The notes under the pieces are model-generated. The model was given only the letters and a program-made list of their open reading frames with translations, ran no database searches and was not told where the DNA came from. 21,388 nt of DNA from Gemmatimonadota bacterium (GTDB taxonomy: Bacteria; Gemmatimonadota; Gemmatimonadetes; Gemmatimonadales; GWC2-71-9), in NCBI GenBank assembly GCA_039588295.1, contig JBDHAB010000045.1, positions 1 to 21,388 on the forward strand, in the 5' to 3' direction. Positions 9,901 through 16,764 of this stretch are shown one piece after another (the first letter of the stretch is position 1; the number at the start of each line of letters is the position of its first letter). The position numbers and the translations under genes are program-made.

Positions 9901-10114
9901 GACCAGCACCACGACCATCCTCGGTCTGTTACCGCTGGTACTGTTCAGTGAGTACGCGGACGCCAACATTTGGAACGCCCTCGCGTATGCACTGATCGGC
10001 GGTCTCGCAAGCTCGACCTTTTTTGTTCTGACGGTGACGCCCGCGTTGTATCTCCTCTTCGAGCGGCGGCCAGAGAAGCGCAGGCTGGCGCATCAGCGAC
10101 TCAGCAGCGCCTAG
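6959..10114 (+). CDS. RND efflux permease subunit 2 (AcrB/AcrD/AcrF family)
   Basis: 1051 aa with IRRPV, IPIELLPD, GLIVDNAIVVLENI, FMVTAALFES, GIVVNNAILLVD, ERVRPILMT and LAYALIGGL. Confidence 0.95.
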   Translation: MIRLSIRRPVAVSMAYLAVALLGIAAWRNIPIELLPDTQLPQLHVTAQWRGASPEAMEGFVTAPLEAAVQQVRGVEKVTSVSSERYGQAQADITVEFARGTDMDFARLDLSERLAALDEELPAEVPAPRIEPYVPDEFRRQQRAFLRYTLTGPYTLEALRAHVDDEIVPELLLVDGVAAVEVSGGRDRLIEISLDEHKTNALGLDPGWVWQRITELEYVSEAGIVEQEGLLRTLAIRHRTASSGEIRRTALLTDRGRIVRVSDVATVHDTYEEPTSYYRIDGQPAVSFEVHKEVGVNTVDVAERAMARLAVLEAVHPTGVRVILDEDESETIKQQLTDLRYRALIAAGVIFLVLLGFLRSFRSAGIVFATIAFSVLIALNLIYFGGFTLNVLTLMGLAMGFGLIVDNAIVVLENIYRKVQHGIEGGGERAKGEAERAAELGARQVMLPILAATLTTVIVFIPFVYLQGELRVYYVPLAIVVGMSLVASLFVAFTFIPALAAKTLGGRSREVRGGSPGIAAQPAERSAPIYVRFYAGLLRFTLRFPIVTVVIAVAALAGSWRLFDKYVTRGVLWRSWWGEQTYIEVIIRLPRGSELERTDELAQFFEAKLDRTPEVEQYVTRAMPQFARITVTFPDSLETSWIPVAIKEQMVAYSNLFGGAEVRVYGYGPSFYGGGGGAPNYSVKILGFNYETVRQIAEDLGRRLTRFSRIRDVDVNSAGGWYTRDKASEFVLQLDRQRLGLHDLTARDVVYQVAASVWGQVRQGNIRVAGEEVRFDVKVAGNEDVDVLALSNLLLQTPSGQAVRLADVATLDERDVLTRIVREDQQYQRYVSYEFRGPTKLGDRTRDAVLDATRLPEGYEIEREEQGFWSEEEERQVYAVLAISLLLIFMVTAALFESLRQPLCVLLAVPMALVGVFLMFFYSEASFTREAYIGVIMMGGIVVNNAILLVDHINHLRRVDRVPFRDAIVQGTLERVRPILMTSTTTILGLLPLVLFSEYADANIWNALAYALIGGLASSTFFVLTVTPALYLLFERRPEKRRLAHQRLSSA

Positions 10115-11148
10115 CCTGCCACCTCCCAGGTTCGCCCTCCTCCTCGCAGGAGACCACCGATGTCGGCTTGGGCCACGGGTTTGGCGCCGGCCGCTGCCGC
10201 CCGGTCGTGGACCGCCCGTTCGTAGCTGGAATGCGGGTTGTGGAACAACACGCCGATGGCAACCGGGAACTCCGGAGGGCGGAGATGCGCCAGCATCGTG
10301 GCGAGCATGAGGTTGGCCTCATCGTGCACCACGAGATCAGCCGTCGAGACACCGTGCTCGCCGATCGTAACCGCCTCGAACGCGAGCGATCCTTGTTTGA
10401 GACGGAGTCCACGCGTGTGGTTGGCGCCATACACCAGCGGTTTGCCGTGCTCGAGCAGTAACTGCGTGTCCGACGCGATTGCCTTGTCCGTGAACGACGA
10501 GTGCGCACCGTCGTTGAACACCAAACAGTTCTGATAGATCTCTACGAACGACGCGCCGCGGTTCGCCTGCGCCCGCGTGAGCACTTCCACGAGATGTGGC
10601 TGCATTGTGTCAATCGATCGCGCGACGAAGCGGGCGCCGGCCCCCAAGGCAAACGCCGCCGGCAGCACGGGCGTTTCCAAGGAGCCCTCCGGGGTCGACG
10701 GAGATCGAGTGCCAGGCTTGGAAGTGGGGGAATACTGACCCTTGGTCAGCCCGTAGATCTCGTTGTTGAACAGGAGAATCTGCAGATCCACGTTGCGACG
10801 CAGCGTGTGCAGCATGTGATTCCCGCCGATGCTGAGTCCGTCGCCATCGCCCGTGATCACCCAAACGTCGAGCCCAGGATTTGCCAGTTTCATCCCCGTC
10901 GCAAAGGCGGGTGCACGTCCGTGAATCGTGTGAAACCCATAGGTAGTGACGTAGTACGGGAACCGCGCAGCGCAGCCGATACCCGAGACGAACACGGTCT
11001 CGTCAGGGCTCTTCCCGATTTCCGCCAACGCGCGCTGAACGGCTTTGAGAATCGCGTAGTCTCCGCATCCCGGGCACCAACGGACATCCTGGTCGGACGC
11101 GAAGTCCTTGGGCTTGAGTTGCGCGGGCGTCGTCGTCGCGGTGATCAT
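10111..11148 (-). CDS. korB: 2-oxoacid:ferredoxin oxidoreductase beta subunit
   Basis: Motifs WCPGCGD, SGIGC, HTIHGRA, TPP-binding GDGD...NN, YGLTKGQYSPTS and QNC. Starts 1 bp after the alpha-subunit stop. Confidence 0.95.
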   Translation of the reverse strand: MITATTTPAQLKPKDFASDQDVRWCPGCGDYAILKAVQRALAEIGKSPDETVFVSGIGCAARFPYYVTTYGFHTIHGRAPAFATGMKLANPGLDVWVITGDGDGLSIGGNHMLHTLRRNVDLQILLFNNEIYGLTKGQYSPTSKPGTRSPSTPEGSLETPVLPAAFALGAGARFVARSIDTMQPHLVEVLTRAQANRGASFVEIYQNCLVFNDGAHSSFTDKAIASDTQLLLEHGKPLVYGANHTRGLRLKQGSLAFEAVTIGEHGVSTADLVVHDEANLMLATMLAHLRPPEFPVAIGVLFHNPHSSYERAVHDRAAAAGAKPVAQADIGGLLRGGGRTWEVAG

Positions 11149-11149
11149 C

Positions 11150-13030
11150 TCATTGCTCCAATCTCTTGCGAATCGCGTCCGTGATCTCCGCCACCTTGAA
11201 CGGCTTGCCGGTGACCTTGTTCAATCCCTCCGCGGGGACCAAGAACGCGCTTCGGAGCATCGTCACGAGTTGACCGGTGTTCATCTCGGGAACGAGTACT
11301 CGCTGGAACCCCGCAAGCAGCTCGCCGAGGTTACGGGGGAACGGATTGAGGTAGCGCAGATGGATGTGGGAGACGTCGTGCCCCTGCTCCCTGAGCTGCT
11401 TCACGGCCTGAAAGGCCGGCCCGAATGTCGAGCCCCAACCCACCACGACCGTTTCGCCCCGCTCGGGTCCGACATGCGTTTCTTGTAGTGGGATATCGTT
11501 GGCGATTCCACGCACCTTCGCCGCCCGGGCCTCGGTCATTCGCTCGTGGTTGTCAGGATCGTACGAGATATGTCCGGTGGTGCCGTCGCGCTCGAGCCCG
11601 CCGATGCGATGCGCAAGCCCCGGCGTTCCCGGCATCACCCAGGGGCGGGCCAGCGTAACGGGATCCCGCGCGAATGGCTGGAAGTTCTCAGGATCGGTGC
11701 GGAACGCCACGGGAAAGCTCGGGAGGTCGTCTGCATCGGGAAGCAGCCATGGCTCCGCCGCGTTGGCGAGGTAGCCATCGATCATCAGCATGACCGGCGT
11801 CATATACTTGGTCGCGAGGCGTACTGCTTCGATGGCCACGTCGTAACAGTCCGCGGGTGTGGCCGCGGCAATGACCGGTAACGGTGCGTCACCGTTGCGG
11901 CCGTACACCGCTTGGAACAAGTCCGACTGCTCGGTCTTGGTTGGCAGGCCTGTCGAAGGACCAGCCCGTTGGCTGTCGATCACCACAAGCGGCAACTCAG
12001 TAGCGATGGCTAAGCCGAGCGCCTCAGTCTTGAGCGCAATGCCCGGCCCCGAGCTGGACGTCACGCCGAGCGCGCCGGCGTAGGATGCACCGATCGCGGC
12101 GCACGCCGCCGCGATCTCATCCTCCGCCTGAAAGGTGATCACGCCGTATCGCTTGAGGCCCGCGAGGGTGTGAAGCAGTGGCGAAGCTGGCGTGATCGGA
12201 TAGGAGCCAAGCATGATCCGGTCGAGCGCAGCAGCCCGCGCGCCTGCAATGATCCCCCAGGCTGTTGCTTCGGTGCCAGTGACCGTACGGTAGACGCCCG
12301 GCGTCACATCCGACTTCGCCACGGTGTACCCAACGACGTCGCTCGGCATCTCGACCGTCTCCCCAAACGCATGACCGGCATGCAGCGCTTTGACGTTGGC
12401 CTGGGCCACGGTCGGCAGCTTCGCGAACTTCCTGGAGATCCACTCGGCGGTTGCCTCGTAGTCCTGGCCGAACATCCAGAGCATCAGGCCCAGCGTCCAC
12501 ATGTTCCGGCACCGCAATGCCTCCTTCTGGCTCAAGCCGAACTCCTCGACCGCGTCGCGCGTCCGTTGCGATATGTCCAGCTTGAGAAGCTGATATGGGG
12601 CCAGGGTGTCGTCCTCGAGTGGGTTCGTCGCGAATCCGGCCTTGGACAGATTGCGCTTCGTGAAGGTCCCAGTGTCGATGACCACCAGGCCACCGATCCT
12701 CAGATCTCCGCTGTTCACCATCAAGGCCGCCGGATTCAACGCCACTAGCACGTCTGGGTCGTCACCCGCGGTCGACACGTCGCCACCGAAATGGATTTGG
12801 AACGCCGATACGCCGTAGGTGGTGCCCGCCGGCGCTCGAATCTCGGCGGGGTAGTCGGGGAAGGTGGCGAGGTCGCTCCCAGCCAGGGCCGCCTCGAGAG
12901 TAAACTGCGAGCCCGTGAGCTGCATGCCGTCGCCGGAGTCACCGGCGAACCGAATCGCAACCGAGTCCCGGACCTCGCGCGCCAGCACGCCGCGCGCGTC
13001 GGGTGAGCTTGGGCGGTCGATGCGTGTCAT
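11150..13030 (-). CDS. korA: 2-oxoacid:acceptor oxidoreductase alpha subunit (gamma-alpha fusion)
   Basis: Motifs IRFAGDSGDGMQLTG, PAEIRAPAG, YPITPAS, QAEDEIA, SSGPG, QRAGPSTGLPTK, VGWGST and PEMNTGQL. ATG 13030 (with AAGGAG upstream) is preferred over the track start at 13084. Confidence 0.95.
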   Translation of the reverse strand: MTRIDRPSSPDARGVLAREVRDSVAIRFAGDSGDGMQLTGSQFTLEAALAGSDLATFPDYPAEIRAPAGTTYGVSAFQIHFGGDVSTAGDDPDVLVALNPAALMVNSGDLRIGGLVVIDTGTFTKRNLSKAGFATNPLEDDTLAPYQLLKLDISQRTRDAVEEFGLSQKEALRCRNMWTLGLMLWMFGQDYEATAEWISRKFAKLPTVAQANVKALHAGHAFGETVEMPSDVVGYTVAKSDVTPGVYRTVTGTEATAWGIIAGARAAALDRIMLGSYPITPASPLLHTLAGLKRYGVITFQAEDEIAAACAAIGASYAGALGVTSSSGPGIALKTEALGLAIATELPLVVIDSQRAGPSTGLPTKTEQSDLFQAVYGRNGDAPLPVIAAATPADCYDVAIEAVRLATKYMTPVMLMIDGYLANAAEPWLLPDADDLPSFPVAFRTDPENFQPFARDPVTLARPWVMPGTPGLAHRIGGLERDGTTGHISYDPDNHERMTEARAAKVRGIANDIPLQETHVGPERGETVVVGWGSTFGPAFQAVKQLREQGHDVSHIHLRYLNPFPRNLGELLAGFQRVLVPEMNTGQLVTMLRSAFLVPAEGLNKVTGKPFKVAEITDAIRKRLEQ

Positions 13031-13084
13031 GGTGCCGAGCCAGACTCCTTCTCGTGATCCCGTGAGAATGCCGAGTTCCTTCAT

Positions 13085-13090
13085 ATAGTA
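13085..13090 (-). promoter_or_regulatory. Putative sigma70 -10 element (TACTAT) for korAB
   Basis: The minus strand reads TACTAT in a short AT-rich patch about 55 nt upstream of ATG 13030. No clear -35 element. Confidence 0.35.
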
Positions 13091-13150
13091 TCGGGCCGAC
13101 GGCCGTCTGCGCTACTGGGCCGGCGTCGGCCACAACGTCCACCGACGGCG

Positions 13151-13159
13151 TGCTACATT
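13151..13159 (+). promoter_or_regulatory. Putative extended -10 promoter (TGcTACATT) for ferritin
   Basis: Matches TGnTAnnnT about 55 nt upstream of the ferritin ATG. RBS gggaga precedes ATG 13216. Confidence 0.4.
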
Positions 13160-13215
13160 TCCCGCGCATACGGCTGTACGTTTAGCCGTCCGTCACACGA
13201 ATTCGGGAGATTTCT

Positions 13216-13728
13216 ATGTCGAGCAAGAACGTGGTGAAGGCCATTAACGATCAGATTCAAATGGAGTTCACGGCTGCTTATACCTACCTGTCGATGTCAG
13301 CCTATCTGGAATCGCTGAATCTTCCTGGTTTCGGCGGCTGGATGCGGCGCCAGTATGAAGAAGAGTTGACGCATGCGCTGCGGTTGTTCGACTTCCTCGT
13401 CGGGCTGGGCGAGTCCGTCCAGCTGCAGGCGATCCCCAAGCCCTTGGCGGGCCAGAAAGGCGCGCTCGAGGTGATGAAGAAGGCGCTGGCACACGAGCGG
13501 AAGGTCACCGCGTCAATCAACAAGATCTACGCGCTCGCGGTCAAGGATAAGGATTACCCTGCGCAGCTCCAGTTGCAGTGGTTCATTAATGAGCAGCTCG
13601 AAGAGGAAAAGACCGTGGCCGATATCATTGCGAAGCTCGAACTGATCGGTGACCACGGTCCCGCCCTGCTCATGCTGGATCGCGAGTTGGGGCAGCGAGG
13701 TGGTGAAGGTGGGGGCAACGGTCACTGA
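13216..13728 (+). CDS. ftnA: Non-heme ferritin
   Basis: 170 aa with ferroxidase-centre motifs QIQMEFTAAYTYL, QYEEELTHA, ALAHE and LQWFINEQLEEE. Confidence 0.95.
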   Translation: MSSKNVVKAINDQIQMEFTAAYTYLSMSAYLESLNLPGFGGWMRRQYEEELTHALRLFDFLVGLGESVQLQAIPKPLAGQKGALEVMKKALAHERKVTASINKIYALAVKDKDYPAQLQLQWFINEQLEEEKTVADIIAKLELIGDHGPALLMLDRELGQRGGEGGGNGH

Positions 13729-13753
13729 GGCTCCTGAGTGTTGGGGATTGCCG

Positions 13754-13787
13754 AACGGCCGCGTTGGGTCTACCCGCCGCGGCCGTT
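13754..13787 (+). terminator. Stem-loop downstream of ferritin (probable terminator)
   Basis: aacggccgcg (13754-13763) pairs perfectly with cgcggccgtt (13778-13787), with an inner ggg/ccc pairing. The U-tract is weak. Confidence 0.55.
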
Positions 13788-13797
13788 GTCGTGCCGG

Positions 13798-13826
13798 GTT
13801 AACAACCTGAGGAGGATCGCGTCCAA
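13798..13826 (+). promoter_or_regulatory. Possible ECF sigma promoter (GTTAAC-N16-CGTCCAA) for the Spy-like gene
   Basis: AAC-ending -35 and CGT-starting -10 with 16-nt spacing, typical of ECF promoters, about 60 nt before ATG 13887 (RBS ggagga). Confidence 0.35.
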
Positions 13827-13886
13827 TACATCGGAACTTGCTGCAACCGCCCGGCGCGTCCGGGCCCCAATCTGGAGGACATACTT

Positions 13887-14543
13887 ATGAAGGCGATACA
13901 CACTCTCGCGAGCGTCGGTGTCTTAGCCGCCTTGGTGGTTGGAACCCTGCCGGCTCAGGAGCCGCCGCCGACCCCGGAGCGGCCGCGGGCGAGGGCCCGT
14001 ATGCACGAGCCGGGCACGCGACTGCAGGAAGGTCAGACCCCGCAGCGGATACGCCAGGGCCGGGGGATGCGCGGACTGGCGGGGCGGAGAGGTGGTGCAA
14101 CCATGTTCGCTCCCCGTGCGCTGATTGCGCAGCGTGGGTTCTTGGGGCTCAGCGACGAACAGGTCGCGCAGTTCGAGCGGCTCGGCGAGGAGACGAGGGC
14201 TGCTCAGGAAGCCGCCCGGGAGCAAGTGCAGACCCACGAAGAGGCCTTGCGCGAGGCGTGGGCAGCTGACGAGCCTGACGTGGGCGTCATTCGCCAGCAC
14301 GCCGAGGCCGCGATGCAGGCGAAGCAGCAGGCCGAGCTCGCAGCGATCGAAGCGGCGGCGCGGGCCAAGGTGAGTCTCAACGCCGAGCAGCTGGGCAAGG
14401 TGCAAGGTCTCATGCAGGGCCGGCGCATGAGCGCACGCCGGGGTGCGGGGATCCGCGGTGGCACCAGAAGCGCGAGGATGCAGCGCCGGCCGGGGGCATT
14501 TCGGGGCCGCGGCTTTCGACGCCCGGCACCTCGTCGACCGTAG
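13887..14543 (+). CDS. Spy/CpxP-like periplasmic protein (LTXXQ-type) with Arg/Gly-rich disordered ends
   Basis: Sec signal MKAIHTLASVGVLAALVVGTLPA-QE. Two LTxxQ-like motifs (LGLSDEQ, LNAEQ) flank an Ala/Glu/Gln-rich helical hairpin containing PDVGVI. Strong RBS. Confidence 0.75.
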   Translation: MKAIHTLASVGVLAALVVGTLPAQEPPPTPERPRARARMHEPGTRLQEGQTPQRIRQGRGMRGLAGRRGGATMFAPRALIAQRGFLGLSDEQVAQFERLGEETRAAQEAAREQVQTHEEALREAWAADEPDVGVIRQHAEAAMQAKQQAELAAIEAAARAKVSLNAEQLGKVQGLMQGRRMSARRGAGIRGGTRSARMQRRPGAFRGRGFRRPAPRRP

Positions 14544-14574
14544 CGGACGGTGCGGGACCCGACCGCCGCCTTCG

Positions 14575-14607
14575 CCGCCCCGTGGTCTCGCACCGCGGGG
14601 CGGTTTT
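14575..14607 (+). terminator. Rho-independent terminator between the convergent Spy-like and sixA genes
   Basis: 12-bp stem ccgccccgtggt/accgcggggcgg (one G-U pair), 5-nt loop, followed by tttt. Confidence 0.65.
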
Positions 14608-14616
14608 CGTACGGAC

Positions 14617-15093
14617 CTAGCGTGCGGCCCTCGGCACCACCTCGGGCGTAAGAGCCCACCGTACGACGAACGAGCCGTCCTCGCGCTCCGAGAGCGCGAC
14701 GAGGCCACCATTGCGAAACGCGACGCACTCCCAATCGGCGTGACCATGAGCCAACAGGCCGCAAAGTCGGCTCAAGTGTGGGAGATGGCCGACGAGGAGC
14801 GTTCCTGAGAGCAGCCTGCCCAGCAGATCCCTCACGGTTCCGGGATCGTCGTTGGGTGACAGGCCGTCCAGCTTCTCGGGCAGGGCCCCAACTCCGAGTT
14901 CGGTCGCGAGGATCTCAGCCGTTTGCTCGGCGCGCAGCTTTCCCGAGTGATAGATTGCCGACACGGTGACGCCGACGGATCGTGCTGCGCGGGCAACACG
15001 CGCCACGTCCTCGCGACCTCGAGTGGTCAACGGCCGTGCCGGGTTCTCCTCCTTGGAGGTCGCCGTTCCGTGCTGGACGAGATACAGTTCCAT
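14617..15093 (-). CDS. sixA: SixA-type phosphohistidine phosphatase (histidine phosphatase superfamily)
   Basis: 158 aa with LYLVQHG, RPLT..G, HSGKLRAEQTA and LVGHLPHL. Confidence 0.88.
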   Translation of the reverse strand: MELYLVQHGTATSKEENPARPLTTRGREDVARVARAARSVGVTVSAIYHSGKLRAEQTAEILATELGVGALPEKLDGLSPNDDPGTVRDLLGRLLSGTLLVGHLPHLSRLCGLLAHGHADWECVAFRNGGLVALSEREDGSFVVRWALTPEVVPRAAR

Positions 15094-15181
15094 GAGTGGT
15101 CCCTCCGTTACCTACCAGGCAGGCTGACCCACCACGGGCGGCTCGTCAAGAACCTCGGCGTCTCCCGGAGACGATCTCGCC

Positions 15182-16303
15182 GTGACTGCTAGCGATCGAA
15201 TTCGCATCCACTACCTGCTTAGCCTCGAGCCCGGCGAATCAGCGGAAACGAAGGCGCGGATGATCGCGTTGGAGCAGACCGTCGAGCTCCCCGACGGGTG
15301 CTATCCGGAGTTCATCGAGGAGCAGGTCGTGGGTCGGGTCGAGCAGTTGCGCGAGCTGGGGCCGTCCCGGTACCGGGCGACGATTTCGTTCAGCGCCAGT
15401 CTCGTCGGTGACGAGATCCCACAACTCTTGAACCTGCTGTTCGGCAACATCTCGATGCAGTGGGGGGTGCGCATAACCGGTCTCGAGCTGCCGCAGGCCG
15501 CCGCGACAGCGTTCGGCGGGCCTCGGCTCGGCGTCGACGGGTTCCGACGGGCCTGTCCTCAGTCCGAGGGAAGACCGCTGGTCTGCACCGCCGTGAAGCC
15601 GGTCGGTCTGTCCACCGCACAACTCGCCGATCGGTGTCTGGCGTTTGCCCGCGGTGGTATCGACGTCATCAAGGATGAACACAGCGTCACCAATCAGGCG
15701 GCGGCGCCGTTTCACGAACGGGTGCATCGGTGCCAGGACGCGGTCCAGCGCGGAAACACCGAAACCGGCGGACGTACGCTGTACTTCCCTAACATCACCT
15801 GTCCGCGGCTCGAGTTGTCCGATCGAGTTGCGGTAGCACGTGCCGCGGGATGCTCGGGGGCCTTGGTGAGCCCATTCGTGATGGGTCTCGACTCCCTTGG
15901 CGCGCTCGCTCGCTCCTCCGGGCTGCTGCTTCTCACGCATCCCACGTTCGCCGGGACGATGACGCAGCCGCCTCACGGAATCGCGCCGCCCGTGCTGTTT
16001 GGCACCCTGCTACGTCTGCTCGGTGCCGACGCCGTCATCTATGTGAACGCAGGTGGTCGGTTTCCGGTCACTGAGGACGAGTGTCTGGCGATTGCGGATA
16101 CCCTTCGAAAACCACTGGAGAATGTTCGCCGCGCCCTTCCCGTGCCCGGAGGGGGGGTCGACGTGGACCGCGTTGACCATTGGACCGACCTCTATGGTAC
16201 GGACGTCATGTTCTTGATCGGCAGTAGTCTCTACGCTCAACAAGACCCAGAGCACGCTGCGGCGAGAGTGATGGACGTCCTGCGGAATCGCTGCAGTGAC
16301 TAA
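15182..16303 (+). CDS. rlp: RuBisCO-like protein (form IV, DeepYkr/R. rubrum-like), probable 5-methylthioribulose-1-phosphate isomerase
   Basis: 373 aa with IALEQTVE, LLNLLFGNIS, FGGPRLG, CTAVKPVGL, GGIDVIKDEH, HPTFAG, LLRLLGADAVI.. NAGGRF, LPVPGGG and YGTDVMFLIG. It is too short for a carboxylating RuBisCO and lacks the KDDE motif. Confidence 0.9.
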   Translation: MTASDRIRIHYLLSLEPGESAETKARMIALEQTVELPDGCYPEFIEEQVVGRVEQLRELGPSRYRATISFSASLVGDEIPQLLNLLFGNISMQWGVRITGLELPQAAATAFGGPRLGVDGFRRACPQSEGRPLVCTAVKPVGLSTAQLADRCLAFARGGIDVIKDEHSVTNQAAAPFHERVHRCQDAVQRGNTETGGRTLYFPNITCPRLELSDRVAVARAAGCSGALVSPFVMGLDSLGALARSSGLLLLTHPTFAGTMTQPPHGIAPPVLFGTLLRLLGADAVIYVNAGGRFPVTEDECLAIADTLRKPLENVRRALPVPGGGVDVDRVDHWTDLYGTDVMFLIGSSLYAQQDPEHAAARVMDVLRNRCSD

Positions 16304-16712
16304 GGTCGGAAAGGTCGTTCGCGGCCGCCACTTCCGGTGGGAGGGGATCCCGACACGTCCCTATAAGGACGAGTCTGACGCGTTCGTCGGGGTCGAACGC
16401 CACGTGCTGCTGGGCGAGCAGTCCGACGAGACCGCACTGAGCTTCGTGACCCGGTACTTCGAACTCGCCGTCGGCGGCTTCTCAACGCTGGAACAGCACG
16501 GCCATCCGCACGCGGTGGTCGTACTTCGTGGTCGTGGTACCGTGAGACTCGGTGACGAAGTCTTCGACCTCCAACCTCACGACGTGGTCTACGTTCCCCC
16601 CAACGCGCCGCATCAGTTCCGCGCCGACTACGACGAACCACTGGGGTTACTCTGCATCGTCGACCGCAAGCGAGACCGACCCCGGGCGATCCGAGAAGCA
16701 CGAGACCGCTGA
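16296..16712 (+). CDS. Cupin-domain protein, probable methylthioxylulose-5-phosphate methylsulfurylase-type partner of the RLP
   Basis: Motifs FRWEG..YK, RYFELAVGGFSTLEQHGHPHAV..LRGRG and DVVYVPPNAPHQF. It overlaps the RLP by 8 bp (GTGACTAA), consistent with translational coupling. Confidence 0.82.
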   Translation: MTKVGKVVRGRHFRWEGIPTRPYKDESDAFVGVERHVLLGEQSDETALSFVTRYFELAVGGFSTLEQHGHPHAVVVLRGRGTVRLGDEVFDLQPHDVVYVPPNAPHQFRADYDEPLGLLCIVDRKRDRPRAIREARDR

Positions 16713-16764
16713 GAGGCTGAACGCAGCGGTGGTCGACCCGATTTCGCCGCGCGTCTAGCGAATC

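Noticed and set aside
13031..13084. N-terminal extension of korA from ATG 13084
   Set aside because: That ATG lies directly after the candidate -10 element and has no RBS. ATG 13030 has AAGGAG upstream and gives a typical N-terminus.
13838..14808. Alternative overlapping ORFs around the Spy-like gene (13838-14269, 13923-14747, 14443-14808)
   Set aside because: They have no motifs or signal peptide, and they overlap better-supported genes or the terminator.
15094..15181. SAM riboswitch upstream of the RLP
   Set aside because: The 88-bp region is shared with divergent sixA and shows no recognisable SAM-I, SAM-II or SAM-SAH core, only a simple palindrome.
15182..16303. CO2-fixing RuBisCO (Calvin cycle)
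   Set aside because: The protein is only 373 aa, has KDEH rather than KDDE, and has no small subunit or phosphoribulokinase nearby. The context fits a form IV RLP.
10111..16303. korAB plus RLP as evidence for autotrophy (reverse TCA cycle)
   Set aside because: Two-subunit KorAB is common in heterotrophs, the RLP does not carboxylate, and no citrate-cleaving enzyme is in the window.
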